In this document: positions 8,560 through 19,160 of the stretch, in pieces
Layout: each line of letters opens with the position of its first letter
How positions within the stretch are numbered: the stretch's first letter is position 1
Origin: Anaeromyxobacteraceae bacterium
GTDB taxonomy: Bacteria; Myxococcota; Myxococcia; Myxococcales; Anaeromyxobacteraceae
Length of the DNA: 64,000 bases
Assembly (NCBI GenBank): GCA_032654565.1
Contig: JAULAX010000009.1
Span: forward strand, 32,001-96,000
Direction of reading: 5' to 3'
Translations under genes and position numbers: made by a program
Notes under the pieces: model-generated
Told to the model about the DNA's origin: nothing
What the model saw: the letters and a program-made list of their open reading frames with translations, nothing else
Database searches by the model: none

Positions 8560-9507
8560 CTACTTCCTGACCGGCGCGCCGAGGCCGACGGTGTGCCCCT
8601 CGGCCGCCTTGAGGACGTCGCCGGCGCCGCGCCCCAGCAGCTCCTCGGCCAGCGCCACGCCCAGGGCCCGCGCCTCGGCCACCGGCCCGCGCCGCTCGCC
8701 GCGGATCACCAGCGTGCCGTCCAGCGACGCCACCAGCGCCCGCAGGTGGACCTGCCCGCCGCTCACCGTGGCGTGGCCGGCGATCGGCACCTGGCAGCCC
8801 CCCTCGATGCGGGCCAGGAAGCCGCGCTCGGCCTCGACGCGCCAGCGGGTCTCCGGGTCGTCCAGCTTGGCCAGCCGGGCCAGGGTGACGGCGTCGTCGG
8901 CGCGGGCCTCCAGCGCCAGCGCCCCCTGGGCCACCGCCGGCAGCATCTGCTCCGGCGAGAGCACCTGGGTGGCGTGCTCGGCCAGCCCCAGCCGGCGCAG
9001 CCCGGCGTAGGCCAGCACCACGGCGTCGAGCCCCTCCGAGGCCTTGTTGAGCCGCGTCTGCACGTTGCCGCGCACCACCTCCATCTGCAGGTCGGGGCGC
9101 AGCGCCTTGAGCTGGGCGGAGCGGCGCAAGGACGAGGTGCCGATGCGGGCGCCGCGCGGCAGGTTCTCCAGCGTCTTCCAGCGGGGCGAGCAGAGCGCGT
9201 CGCGCGGGTCCTCGCGCACCGGGATGGCCGCCACCACCAGGCCGGGGGCGACGATGGCCGGCAGGTCCTTCATGGAGTGGACGGCGATCTGGGCGTCGCC
9301 GTTGAGCAGGGCGTCCTCGATCTCCTTGACGAAGAGCCCCTTGCCGCCCACCTGGGCCAGCGGCACCTCGAGGATCTTGTCGCCCCGGGTCATCAGCTCG
9401 TGCAGCTCGACCTGGAGCCCCGGCTCCAGGGCCCGCAGCAGGTCGGCCACGTGGTTGGCCTGCCACTTGGCGAGCGGGCTCTTGCGGGTGGCGATGCGGA
9501 TGGTCAC
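8560..9507 (-). CDS. hemC: hydroxymethylbilane synthase
   Basis: [41 protein letters not shown]. Confidence 0.98.
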   Translation of the reverse strand: MTIRIATRKSPLAKWQANHVADLLRALEPGLQVELHELMTRGDKILEVPLAQVGGKGLFVKEIEDALLNGDAQIAVHSMKDLPAIVAPGLVVAAIPVREDPRDALCSPRWKTLENLPRGARIGTSSLRRSAQLKALRPDLQMEVVRGNVQTRLNKASEGLDAVVLAYAGLRRLGLAEHATQVLSPEQMLPAVAQGALALEARADDAVTLARLAKLDDPETRWRVEAERGFLARIEGGCQVPIAGHATVSGGQVHLRALVASLDGTLVIRGERRGPVAEARALGVALAEELLGRGAGDVLKAAEGHTVGLGAPVRK

Positions 9508-10835
9508 GGCTGATCCTTCTCCGGCGGCGTGGCGGCCGGTGGGGTGACGCCATTCCGTGGCGTGGTGCGGCGCCCCGCGGGAGCGGCCTGGTCGAGCCCG
9601 AAGAGCTCGGCGGCGGCGCCGGCCAGCGCGCTCTCGCCGGTGGCGGCGGCGGCCTTGAGCCGCACCGTGGGCAGGTGGAGCAGCTTGTTGACGATGGCCA
9701 GCGCCATGGCCTCGACCGAGGCCCGGGCCCGGTCGTCGAGCACGTCGCCGGCCTTCTGCAGGGTCCGCTCCGCCTCGGCGCGGGCGATGGCCTCGGCCCG
9801 CTGCCGCAGCGTCACCAGCACCGGCAGCGCCGCCCGGCTCTCGCGCTCGCGGGTGAAGGCGATCACCTCGGCCTCCACGATCGCCTCGGCGCTCACCGCC
9901 TCGCCCTGGCGCGCCTGGTGGTTGGCGCTCACCACCTTCTGCATGTCGTCGACGTCGTAGCCGAAGACGTCCTCCAGCTCGGCGCAGGCCGGGTCGACGT
10001 TGCGCGGCACCGCCAGGTCGATGAGGCAGAGGTTGCGGTGGCGGCGACGCTTTGTGGCGGCGCGGACCATGTCGGCGGTGAGCACGAAGCCGGGGGCCCC
10101 GGTGGAGACGATCACCACGTCGGCCTCCACCAGCAGCTGGTCCAGCTCGCCCCAGGGGCGGAAGGTGCCGCCCACCTGGTCGGCCAGCTGCTGCCCCCGC
10201 TCCGGGGAGCGGTTGGTCACCAGCACCCGGTCGGCCCCCAGCACCTTGAGGGCCTTGGCGGAGAGCGCCCCCATCTTGCCGGCGCCCAGCAGCAGGATGG
10301 CGCGCCCCTTCAGGTCGCCGAAGATCTTCTCGACCAGGTCCACCGCCACCTGCGACATCGAGGTGGCGCCGCGGCCGATGCCGGTCTCGGTGCGGACCCG
10401 CTTGGCGGTGGCGAAGGCCCGGTTGCAGAGGCGGGACATGTAGCCGCCGGCCGCCTCCACGCCGCTGGCCAGGCCGTAGGCCTCCTTCACCTGGCCGAGG
10501 ATCTGCTGCTCGCCCACCACCATCGAGTCGAGGCTGGCGGCGACGCGGAAGAGGTGGCGGACGGCGTCGGCCCCGCTCTTGACGTAGAGGTGCTCGCCGG
10601 CCTGGTCGGCGCGGCTGGTGAAGAAGGCCCGGGCGGCCTGCTCGGCCTCGGCCTGGACGAAGACCTCGACCCGGTTGCAGGTGGAGACCACGAAGGCCTC
10701 CTTGACGCCCTCGCTGGCCCGCAGCTGCAGCAGCGCCGCCTTGAGGTCGTCGCCGTTCAGGGCCACCCGCTCGCGCACCTCGATGGGCGCGCTCTTGTGC
10801 GAGAGCCCGACCAGGAAGAGCTGGCGCACGCTCAC
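9504..10835 (-). CDS. hemA: glutamyl-tRNA reductase
   Basis: [49 protein letters not shown] overlaps upstream stop. Confidence 0.97.
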   Translation of the reverse strand: MSVRQLFLVGLSHKSAPIEVRERVALNGDDLKAALLQLRASEGVKEAFVVSTCNRVEVFVQAEAEQAARAFFTSRADQAGEHLYVKSGADAVRHLFRVAASLDSMVVGEQQILGQVKEAYGLASGVEAAGGYMSRLCNRAFATAKRVRTETGIGRGATSMSQVAVDLVEKIFGDLKGRAILLLGAGKMGALSAKALKVLGADRVLVTNRSPERGQQLADQVGGTFRPWGELDQLLVEADVVIVSTGAPGFVLTADMVRAATKRRRHRNLCLIDLAVPRNVDPACAELEDVFGYDVDDMQKVVSANHQARQGEAVSAEAIVEAEVIAFTRERESRAALPVLVTLRQRAEAIARAEAERTLQKAGDVLDDRARASVEAMALAIVNKLLHLPTVRLKAAAATGESALAGAAAELFGLDQAAPAGRRTTPRNGVTPPAATPPEKDQP

Positions 10836-11683
10836 TTGGCCGCCTCCACCCGCGGCCCCTTGTACTCGCCGGCGTGCATGGTCAGCCCCGGCACCGAGCG
10901 CAGCGTGCCGATCGAGCCGATCAGCAGCGCGAACCCGAAGACGGTGAGCAGGGCGTAGCGCCGCCCGTGCCAGCCGCGGTGGCGGGCCTGCACCATGCCC
11001 CCGTAGAGCAGCCAGATCAGCAGGGTGGTGACCTGCTGCGGGTCCCAGGACCAGGCGCTCTTCCAGACCGAGCGGGCGATCACCGCGCCGAGGATGCTGG
11101 CCACGGTGAAGGAGAGGAAGCCGAGCCGGACCAGCCGGTCGGTGAGCTTGTCGAGGGAGTCGAGCGGCGGCAGGCGGGAGAAGAGGGCGCCGAACCTCTT
11201 CCCCTTCACCTCGCGCTCCTGCAGCAGGTACATGACGGCCACCCCGAAGGCCAGGCCGAACAGCGCCACCCCCAGCGAGGCGGTCATGATGTGCAGGGTG
11301 ATGGCCGGGTGCTTGAGCGCCGCCGGGGCCTCGCCGGGCGCGCCCCCGACGCCGAAGAGCGTGGGGAGCAGGATGATCAGGGTGAGCGGGGTGACGAAGG
11401 CCCCCACCGAGGGCAGGTGGTAGAAGCGCTGCACCAGCAGGTAGGTGCCGGCCAGCAGCACCGCGGTGAGCACCATGCCGCCGCGCAGCGTGAACCACTC
11501 CAGCCCGCCGAACTCCTTGCAGGCCAGCCCGATGGCGGCCAGGTGGACCACCACGCCGCCGGAGAGGAACCAGCCGCCGAAGCGGGCCGCCAGGGTGTGG
11601 CGGGGGCGGGCGAAGTAGAGCAGGTAGCCGGCGGCGGCCACGGCGTAGAGGCCGGCGGCGAAGCGGAGGAGGTCGATGCTCAT
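10832..11683 (-). CDS. cytochrome c assembly (CcsA/HemX-like) membrane protein
   Basis: Multiple TM helices, [13 protein letters not shown]-like [11 protein letters not shown]; first gene of hem operon. Confidence 0.88.
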   Translation of the reverse strand: MSIDLLRFAAGLYAVAAAGYLLYFARPRHTLAARFGGWFLSGGVVVHLAAIGLACKEFGGLEWFTLRGGMVLTAVLLAGTYLLVQRFYHLPSVGAFVTPLTLIILLPTLFGVGGAPGEAPAALKHPAITLHIMTASLGVALFGLAFGVAVMYLLQEREVKGKRFGALFSRLPPLDSLDKLTDRLVRLGFLSFTVASILGAVIARSVWKSAWSWDPQQVTTLLIWLLYGGMVQARHRGWHGRRYALLTVFGFALLIGSIGTLRSVPGLTMHAGEYKGPRVEAAK

Positions 11684-11723
11684 GGGTCCGTGCCTGGGGT
11701 GGCGCCGCTTCCTACCATGGGAG

Positions 11724-12239
11724 TCAGGAGAGCTTGTCGAGGAGGAAGCGGGCCAGGTCCTCGGCCTCCTTGCGGCGGGCCTCCAGGCTGGCGGGGAGCG
11801 GGGCGCCGGGCCGGGCGGCCGGGGGCGCGGCCGGCGGCGGGGGGGCCGGGGCCACCCGCGGCGCGACCGGGATGTCCGACGGCGGCGCGGCGGGGCGGGT
11901 CGGCCGGGCCTTGACCGAGGCGGCCGCCTGCAGCGCGCTCATCTCGGCGAGGAAGCCCGGCTCCACCTCGTAGGCCACGTCGCCCAGCACCACCGAGGCG
12001 TCGATGACCTCCGCCCCCAGGTCGCGGAGCTGGGCCAGCGACTTCACCTTCTTGAGCAGCTGGTGCGGGTCGGCGTCGGCGCCGAGCAGGGCCAGGAAGC
12101 GGACCGCGGGCTCCAGGGCGTAGCTGCGATCCCGCCCCTCGCCGGCCAGCAACGTCATGACGTTGCCGACGAAGTCGATGCGCCCCTGGTCGGCCCAGGA
12201 GTCGATCATGGCTTGAGAGACGAAGAGCAGCCCGGCCAT
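11724..12239 (-). CDS. hypothetical protein with Pro/Ala-rich linker
   Basis: MAGLLFVSQAMIDSW...; strong codon bias; upstream RBS-like GGAAGGA. Confidence 0.75.
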   Translation of the reverse strand: MAGLLFVSQAMIDSWADQGRIDFVGNVMTLLAGEGRDRSYALEPAVRFLALLGADADPHQLLKKVKSLAQLRDLGAEVIDASVVLGDVAYEVEPGFLAEMSALQAAASVKARPTRPAAPPSDIPVAPRVAPAPPPPAAPPAARPGAPLPASLEARRKEAEDLARFLLDKLS

Positions 12240-12371
12240 CCGGAGGTCCTTCCGCGCCCACCCGCAACTCCGCGTGGGGCGTGGGAAATTAGCACGCTGG
12301 CGGCGCCGCTTGCCAGCGCCGCCGGGGGCGAATAGAAAGACCCATCCACGCAGCCGCCTGAAGGAGCACCC

Positions 12372-12701
12372 ATGGCCTCGAACGACGTCGTCACGCTGCA
12401 GGACACCACCTTCGACGCCGAGGTGCTCAAGAGCGACGTGCCGGTGCTGGTGGACTTCTGGGCGGTCTGGTGCGGCCCCTGCAAGGCCATCGCCCCGGCG
12501 GTCGAGGACATCGCCCGCCGCTACAAGGGGAAGCTCAAGGTCGGCAAGATGGACGTCGACGAGCACCAGCAGGTCCCGCAGAACTTCGGCATCCGCTCCA
12601 TCCCCACCCTGCTCATCTTCAAGGGGGGCCAGGTGGTCGGCACCGTCATCGGCGCCGACAAGGGGAAGCTGGAGGAGGCGGTCAAGAAGGTGACCGGGTA
12701 A
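12372..12701 (+). CDS. trxA: thioredoxin
   Basis: [28 protein letters not shown]. Confidence 0.98.
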   Translation: MASNDVVTLQDTTFDAEVLKSDVPVLVDFWAVWCGPCKAIAPAVEDIARRYKGKLKVGKMDVDEHQQVPQNFGIRSIPTLLIFKGGQVVGTVIGADKGKLEEAVKKVTG

Positions 12702-12775
12702 CACCCCGGTCCGGTCCGGGCCCCTGAACGCCCCGCCGCCGCCCCGCCTACCCGCCCGGCGCGCACGGAAGTACG

Positions 12776-15700
12776 ATGTCCCGGCGAGGCCCCGTGCGGC
12801 GACTTCGGCGTTTCCTGGACGAGATGCAGCGGCGGCGGATGTTCCGCGCGCTCGGCGCCTACGGCATCGCCGTCTTCGCCGTGCTCCAGGTGGCGGAGAC
12901 CATCGTCCACGGCCTCCACCTGCCCGACTGGACGGTCGCGGCGGTGGTGATGGCGTCGGCCGCCGGGTTCCCGGTGGTGGTCCTGCTGGCCTGGTACTAC
13001 GACCTCACGACGCGCGGCATCGAGCGGACGCCCGAGGCGCCGCCGGCCGCCGCCGGCCCGGCCCCGACCCCGGTGGCGCCGGTCGCCCCCGGGGCCATGA
13101 CCGCGCTGCTCGAGGAGCTGGCCCGCGCCCCGGACAGCATCCCGGCGCCGCTCGCCCTCGGGCCGGGGGACCTGCTGGGGCGCTACGAGGTCGTGCGTGA
13201 GATCGGCCGCGGCGGCTTCGGCGTGGTCTGCGAGGCGCGCGACCGGGAGCTGGGCCGGCTGGTGGCGGTGAAGACCATCCGCCCCAGGCCGGGGGTGGAT
13301 GCCGGGATGCTGCGGGTCGAGGCCGAGGCGGCCGCGCAGCTGCAGCACCCGAACATCGTCACCATCCACGACCTCGGGACCACCAGGGGCGCCGCCTGGC
13401 TGGTGTACGAGCTGCTGCGGGGCGAGACCATGGAAGAGCGGCTGCGCCGCGGCGCGCTGCTGGTCGAGGAGGCGATGCGGGTCGCCGAGGCGGTGGCCGC
13501 GGGGATGGCCCACGCCCACCGGGCCGGGGTCATCCACCGCGACCTGAAGCCGGCCAACGTCTTCCTCTGCGACGACGGCGGCGTGAAGATCCTCGACTTC
13601 GGCCTCTCCCGGTTCCTCGGCTCCGTCAGCCGCGAGGGCGGCACGCCGGGCTACATGGCGCCCGAGCAGTGGCGGGGGGAGGCCCAGGATGCCCGGGCCG
13701 ACGTCTTCGCCGCCGGCGTCATGCTCTACGAGACCCTCTCGGGCGCCCGCCCCTACCCGGTCGAGACCGGGCGCAGCGCCGTGCTCGACGCCCGCCGCCC
13801 GCCGGCGCTGCGCACCCGGGGCGTCCCGTCCAGGCTTCGCCAGGTGGTGGCCAGGGCCATCGATCCGGATCGGGAGCGCCGACCCCGGGACGGGGCCAGC
13901 TGGCTCGAGGCGCTGCGGCAGACGCGGCGGAGCAGCGATCGGGCCCGGCTGCTGCGCCTGGCGGCGGCTCCGACACTGGCCCTGGCCCTGGGGGCGCTGC
14001 TGCTCCTCACCTGGCGGGGCCGCGGCGCCGGCGACGGCGAGGCCGGCCCCCGCATCCCGGTGGCGGTGGCCGACGTCGCCAACGGGACCTCCGATCCGGA
14101 GCTGAGCGGCCTCTCCGGGATGCTGGTCACCTCGCTCGAGCAGTCCCGGCGCCTCACCGTGCTCACCCGTTCCCGGCTGGTGGACGCCATCCGCCAGCTG
14201 GGCCACGAACCGCCGGCGGTGCTCGACGAGCCCCTGGCTCGCGAGGTGGGGCGGACCCTGGGCGTGCGCGCGCTGCTGCTGGCCACCGTCCACCGCTTCG
14301 ACGACCTCTACGCCATCGAGCTGCGGGCCCTCGACCCGGTGAAGAACGAGTACCTCTTCACCCTCGCCGAGCAGGGGCGTGGCAAGGCCAGCGTCCCCGG
14401 GCTCATCGACCGGCTCAGCCGCCGCGCTCGCGACCGGCTGAGCGAGCGTGATCGCGACATCGAGGGGACGGGGCGACCGGTGGCCACGCTGACCACCGCC
14501 AGCCTGGCGGCCTACGAGCACTACTTCAAGGCTCGGCAGGCCATCGACCTGCGGCAGTTCGACAGGGCCCACGAGGAGCTGAAGGCGGCGCTGCTGGCCG
14601 ACCCGAGCTTCGCGCTGGCCCGGTACGAGGTCTCGGTGCTCGACGCCTGGACCCACGTCCTTGGCCCCAGCGGCTTCGAGGCACCGGACGCGAGCGACCA
14701 GAAGGCCAACCTGGAGGCGGCGCTCGGCGAGGCCGATCGGCTGCCGGACAAGGAGCGGCTCTCGCTGCTGGCCTGGAAGGCGACGGTGGACCAGCGCACC
14801 GGGGAGGCCATGCGGCTGCGGGACCAGGTGGCCGAGGCCTTCCCGCAGGACAAGGACGCGGTCTTCTGGGCTGCCGACGCCCGCTTCCACGCCGGCGACC
14901 TGTTCGGCGCCATCACCGGCTTCGAGAGGGCGCTGGCGCTCGACCCCGACTACCAGCTGGTCATGGAGCACCTGGTCCTGGCCCTGGCCGCGGCCGGACG
15001 CCCCGGGGAGGAGCTCGCCTGGGCCCGCCGCTGGGCCGAGGCGTCGCGGTCGGCGGAGAGTCGCCGCGCCCTGGGGCGCGCCCTGCTCGTCAACGGCCAG
15101 TCGAAGGAGGCGGAGGAGGTCTACCGGGCCGGGTGGTCCGGGCTGCCCTGGCCGCCGCCGGCGCTCACCTCCTGGATGGCCCGGACGGGCCGGGTCCAGG
15201 AGGCGGAGCGGCTGCTGCGCCAGGCGCTCTCGACGGCCTCGCCGCCGATGCCACCCCACCCCTCCCAGAACCAGCTGTTCGACCGCCAGCTCCGCAGGGC
15301 CCAGCGGGAGCACCTGAGCGGCATCCTGGCGCTGCAGGGGCGCTGGCGTGAAGCCGAGCGCGTGCTCCGCGACGGGGACCGGGACGGCACCGCCGAGGAG
15401 CAGGCCATTCGTCGCCTCGGCTTCTCGACCGGCACCCGTTCCCTGGCGCAGGCTCGGATGGCCATCGCCGACCTTGAGGTCCCTTCCCTGGCCCGGAGCG
15501 CCTCGCTGGGCGCCCAGGCGGCCCTGGCGCTGGCCGTGGCCGGCGACCCCGAAGCCGCCGAGCCGCTCCTGGCCCGGGCCCGCCAGCTGCCGGGCTGGGC
15601 CCAGGTGCCGCTCCCGGCCCGGGAACTGATCGACGGCGTGATCTCCATGCGCTCCGGCCGGGTCGAGGAGGCCTCGGCGCACCTGCGGGCCGCCTCGGCC

Positions 15701-16051
15701 GGGCCGCTGCCGGAGGTGCGCTACCAGGCCACGGCCTGCCTGGCGGAGCTGGACTGGTCGCAGCAGCGCGCCGCCGACGCCCTCTCCGCGGCCGACCGGG
15801 CCCTGGCCATGCCCTGGGCGCCGGTCGTGTCCTGGTACTGGCTCCACCCTCGCGTTCTGCTGGTGTCGGCCGAGGCGGCGGAGCGGCTCGGCGACCGTGT
15901 CCGCGCGCGGCGTGACCTGGACGCCCTCCTGGCGCTCTGGGGGCGGGCCGACCCCGAACTGACCCTCCTCGCCCAGGCCCGGGGGCTCGAGCAACGGCTG
16001 GGCGCGGCCCGCCAGGTCGGTGCGGCGGGCCCTCCAGGCACGGCTCGCTAG
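12776..16051 (+). CDS. membrane Ser/Thr protein kinase with N-terminal 2-TM module, TolB-like domain and TPR repeats (start may be GTG 12794)
   Basis: IGRGGFG, VAVK, HRDLKPAN, DFG, GTPGYMAPE; TM helix after kinase; TPR-like ALALDPDY. Confidence 0.92.
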   Translation: MSRRGPVRRLRRFLDEMQRRRMFRALGAYGIAVFAVLQVAETIVHGLHLPDWTVAAVVMASAAGFPVVVLLAWYYDLTTRGIERTPEAPPAAAGPAPTPVAPVAPGAMTALLEELARAPDSIPAPLALGPGDLLGRYEVVREIGRGGFGVVCEARDRELGRLVAVKTIRPRPGVDAGMLRVEAEAAAQLQHPNIVTIHDLGTTRGAAWLVYELLRGETMEERLRRGALLVEEAMRVAEAVAAGMAHAHRAGVIHRDLKPANVFLCDDGGVKILDFGLSRFLGSVSREGGTPGYMAPEQWRGEAQDARADVFAAGVMLYETLSGARPYPVETGRSAVLDARRPPALRTRGVPSRLRQVVARAIDPDRERRPRDGASWLEALRQTRRSSDRARLLRLAAAPTLALALGALLLLTWRGRGAGDGEAGPRIPVAVADVANGTSDPELSGLSGMLVTSLEQSRRLTVLTRSRLVDAIRQLGHEPPAVLDEPLAREVGRTLGVRALLLATVHRFDDLYAIELRALDPVKNEYLFTLAEQGRGKASVPGLIDRLSRRARDRLSERDRDIEGTGRPVATLTTASLAAYEHYFKARQAIDLRQFDRAHEELKAALLADPSFALARYEVSVLDAWTHVLGPSGFEAPDASDQKANLEAALGEADRLPDKERLSLLAWKATVDQRTGEAMRLRDQVAEAFPQDKDAVFWAADARFHAGDLFGAITGFERALALDPDYQLVMEHLVLALAAAGRPGEELAWARRWAEASRSAESRRALGRALLVNGQSKEAEEVYRAGWSGLPWPPPALTSWMARTGRVQEAERLLRQALSTASPPMPPHPSQNQLFDRQLRRAQREHLSGILALQGRWREAERVLRDGDRDGTAEEQAIRRLGFSTGTRSLAQARMAIADLEVPSLARSASLGAQAALALAVAGDPEAAEPLLARARQLPGWAQVPLPARELIDGVISMRSGRVEEASAHLRAASAGPLPEVRYQATACLAELDWSQQRAADALSAADRALAMPWAPVVSWYWLHPRVLLVSAEAAERLGDRVRARRDLDALLALWGRADPELTLLAQARGLEQRLGAARQVGAAGPPGTAR

Positions 16052-16689
16052 CGAGGCGGCGCGGCCCCCTGCCAGAGCTGCGCCAGCCCCATGGCCAGGA
16101 AGGCCAGGCCGGAGAGCAGCCCCAGCGTCCGGGCGGCGCGCGGCCCCAGCCGCCCCACGGCGCCGAAGACCAGCACGGTGACGGCGTTGGTGGCGGTGAG
16201 CGCCAGGTAGAAGCCGCCCAGGAAGGCCAGCGGCCGGGTGGCGTCGCCGCGCAGCGTCCCGGCCAGGATGGGGCCGCCCACCAGGCTCCAGAAGATCCAG
16301 GCATTGGGGTTGAGCAGGTTGACCAGCGCCGCGCTCCAGAACCCACCGTGGCGCGGCGGCGCGCCCGGCGCCTCGGCCAGCGCCGGGCCCGGGGCCGGGG
16401 CCAGCCGCGACCTCCAGAGCCCTCGCAGCGTCGCGCCCCCCAGCCAGAGCAGCAGCAGCCCGCCGGCGGCGGAGAGCAGGCGCAGCAGGCCGCCGGGCAG
16501 GCCGGCCAGGGCCATCAGGCAGGCGGCGATGACCGGCGGGTCGGAGGCCAGCGGCACCAGCGACAGGTGCAGGGCCCGGCGCGGGCCGAGCCGGGCGGCG
16601 CGCTCCAGCAGCAGCGCCTGGAACGGGCCGGGCGACGCCGAGGCCGAGAAGCCCAGCGCCAGCCCCTGGGCGAGCAGGGCGGCGAGCAC
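16048..16689 (-). CDS. LysE family translocator
   Basis: GLALGFSASASPGP, VNLLNPNAWIFW; hydrophobic. Confidence 0.88.
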   Translation of the reverse strand: MLAALLAQGLALGFSASASPGPFQALLLERAARLGPRRALHLSLVPLASDPPVIAACLMALAGLPGGLLRLLSAAGGLLLLWLGGATLRGLWRSRLAPAPGPALAEAPGAPPRHGGFWSAALVNLLNPNAWIFWSLVGGPILAGTLRGDATRPLAFLGGFYLALTATNAVTVLVFGAVGRLGPRAARTLGLLSGLAFLAMGLAQLWQGAAPPR

Positions 16690-16698
16690 CGGCGGCGC

Positions 16699-17862
16699 CT
16701 ACCCGGCCGCCGGCCGCGGCCCGTGCGGCGGCAGCAGGATGGCGCGGTCGACGTCGTTGATGTCGGTCCGCCCGCAGAAGGCCATGGTCAGGTCGAGCTC
16801 GCGGTGGATGATCTCCAGGCAGCGGGTCACGCCGGCCTCGCCGAGCGCCCCCAGCCCGTACAGGTAGGGGCGCCCGATCAGCGTCCCCCTGGCCCCCAGC
16901 GCCACCGCCTTGAGCACGTCCTGCCCGGAGCGGACGCCGCCGTCCATCCAGACCTCGATCTTCGACCCCACCGCGTCGGCGATGGCCGGCAGGGCCGAGA
17001 TCGACGACGGGGCGCCGTCGAGCTGCCGCCCGCCGTGGTTGGAGACCACCAGGGCGTCGGCGCCGCTGGCGGCGGCCAGCCGGGCGTCCTCGGGGTCCAT
17101 GATCCCCTTGAGGATGAGCTTCCCGCCCCAGCGCGCCTTGATCCACTCGAGGTCGGCCCAGGTGACCGTGGGGTCGAACTGCTGCGAGGTCCAGGCGCTC
17201 AGCGAGCCCATGTCGGTGATCCCCTTGACGTGACCGACCACGTTGCCGAAGCCGCGCCGCCGGGTGCCGAGCATGCCCAGGCACCAGCGCGGCTTGGTGG
17301 CCAGGTTGAGCAGGTTGGCCAGGGTCGGCCTGGGGGGCGCCGAGAGGCCGTTCTTCACGTCCTTGTGGCGCTGCCCGAGGATGTGGACGTCGAGGGTGAC
17401 CATGAGCGCGCCGCAGCCCACCGCCTTGACCCGGTCGATGAGGCGCCCCATGAAGTCGCGGTCGCGCATCACGTAGAGCTGGAACCAGAAGGGGGCGGTG
17501 ACGTGCGCCGCCACGTCCTCGACCGAGCAGATGCTCATGGTGGAGAGCGTGAAGGGGACGCCGAACCGCTGGCAGGCGCGGGCCGCCAGGATCTCGCCGT
17601 CGGCGTGGTACATGCCGGTCAGGCCGGTGGGGGCGATGGCCACCGGCATGGCCACCTCGACGCCGGCCATGCGGGTCCGGGTGCTGCGCCGGGAGAGGTC
17701 GACGGCCACGCGCTGGCGCAGCAGGATCTTCGAGAAGTCCTCCTGGTTGGCGCGGTAGGTCCCCTCGGTCCACGACCCGCCGTCGGCGTAGTCGTAGAAC
17801 ATCCGCGGCACGCGCCGCCGGGCCAGCCGGCGCAGGTCCTCGATGTCGGTGATGACGGTCAC
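16699..17862 (-). CDS. lldD: FMN-dependent alpha-hydroxy acid dehydrogenase (L-lactate dehydrogenase-like)
   Basis: MFYDYADGGS, IAPTG, WFQLY, VSNHGGRQLDG, DGGVRSGQD. Confidence 0.9.
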   Translation of the reverse strand: MTVITDIEDLRRLARRRVPRMFYDYADGGSWTEGTYRANQEDFSKILLRQRVAVDLSRRSTRTRMAGVEVAMPVAIAPTGLTGMYHADGEILAARACQRFGVPFTLSTMSICSVEDVAAHVTAPFWFQLYVMRDRDFMGRLIDRVKAVGCGALMVTLDVHILGQRHKDVKNGLSAPPRPTLANLLNLATKPRWCLGMLGTRRRGFGNVVGHVKGITDMGSLSAWTSQQFDPTVTWADLEWIKARWGGKLILKGIMDPEDARLAAASGADALVVSNHGGRQLDGAPSSISALPAIADAVGSKIEVWMDGGVRSGQDVLKAVALGARGTLIGRPYLYGLGALGEAGVTRCLEIIHRELDLTMAFCGRTDINDVDRAILLPPHGPRPAAG

Positions 17863-17933
17863 GCGGGTCTCCGGTGGGGCGCGGTGGATGGAGAAGCGTG
17901 GCCCCCCACGCCCCCCTCTGGCAAGCTCGCAGA

Positions 17934-19160
17934 ATGGTCCCCCCCGGCCCACCCTACCCGACCCGCCAGGCCACCTTCGACGCCTTCGCCGAGCGGGTCT
18001 CCCGCGGCAAGGTCCGCACCTTCCAGGCCTACGGCCTCGACGTGGTGATGGGGGAGCGCTCCGGCGCCTGGTTCACCGACGCCTTCGACGGCCGCCGCTT
18101 CCTCAACGCCCACTGCAACGGCGGGGTCTTCAACCTCGGTCACCGCCACCCCGCGGTGGTCCGGGCGGTGGTGGAGGCGCTCGGCCACCTCGACGTGGGC
18201 AATCACCACCTGGTCTCCGGCTGGCGGGCCCGGCTGGCGGGGCGGCTCTGCGCCTCCACCGGCGGCGCGCTGGCCGGCGCCGTCTTCGGCTCCGGCGGCG
18301 GCGAGGCGGTCGACCTGGCCCTCAAGCTGGCCCGCGGCGTCACCGGCCGGCGGCGCATCGTCTCGGCCCTCGGCGGCTACCACGGCCACACCGGCCTGGC
18401 GGTGGCCACCGGCGACGCCCCCTACCGCGAGCCCTTCGGCGCCAGCCTGGCCGACTTCGTCCAGGTCCCCTTCGACGACCTCGACGCCATGGCCGCGGCC
18501 GTGGACCGCGCCACCGCCGCGGTGATCCTCGAGCCCATCCCGGCGACGCTGGGCATGCCCCTCCCCTCCCCCGGCTACCTGGCCGGGGTGGCGACGCTCT
18601 GCCGCGACCGCGGCGCCCGGCTGGTCATCGACGAGGTCCAGACCGGGCTGGGGCGGACCGGCCGGCTCTGGGCCTACCAGGCCGAGGGGCTGACCCCGGA
18701 CGCGGTGGTGGTCGGCAAGGGGCTCTCCGGCGGCGTCTACCCCATCACCGCCACGCTGGTCTCGGCGGAGCTGAAGGGCTACCTCGACGAGCGCCCCTTC
18801 GCCCACGTCTCCACCTTCGGCGGCGCCGAGCCCGGCTGCGCGGCGGCCCTCGCCGTGCTCGACCTGGTGGAGGCCCCCGGCTTCCTCGACCGGGTGGTGG
18901 AGGTCTCCGACCGGGTGGCCGCCGGCCTGGCCGGGCTCCCCTTCTCGCTGCGGCGACGCGGCCTGATGATGGGGCTGAAGTTCCCCGCCGAGGGGGCCGG
19001 CTTCATGGCGGCCAAGCTGCTGTTCGACGCCGGGGTCTTCTGCCTCCCCGCCAACAACGACAGCTCGGTGCTGCAGCTGCTCCCGCCCCTCATCCTCTCC
19101 GACGCCGAGGTCGAGGAGCTGCTGGCCAGGATCCGGGGGGCCTTCGATGCGCTGGCCTGA
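17934..19160 (+). CDS. class III PLP-dependent aminotransferase-family enzyme
   Basis: NLGHRHP, SGGEAVD-like, YHGHT, ILEPI, DEVQTGLGRTG, GKGLSGG (PLP lysine), STFGG. Confidence 0.92.
   Translation: MVPPGPPYPTRQATFDAFAERVSRGKVRTFQAYGLDVVMGERSGAWFTDAFDGRRFLNAHCNGGVFNLGHRHPAVVRAVVEALGHLDVGNHHLVSGWRARLAGRLCASTGGALAGAVFGSGGGEAVDLALKLARGVTGRRRIVSALGGYHGHTGLAVATGDAPYREPFGASLADFVQVPFDDLDAMAAAVDRATAAVILEPIPATLGMPLPSPGYLAGVATLCRDRGARLVIDEVQTGLGRTGRLWAYQAEGLTPDAVVVGKGLSGGVYPITATLVSAELKGYLDERPFAHVSTFGGAEPGCAAALAVLDLVEAPGFLDRVVEVSDRVAAGLAGLPFSLRRRGLMMGLKFPAEGAGFMAAKLLFDAGVFCLPANNDSSVLQLLPPLILSDAEVEELLARIRGAFDALA

Noticed and set aside
12521..17773. 1750-aa minus-strand ORF
   Set aside because: Shadow frame antisense to the kinase and off-frame to lldD/lysE; no motifs.
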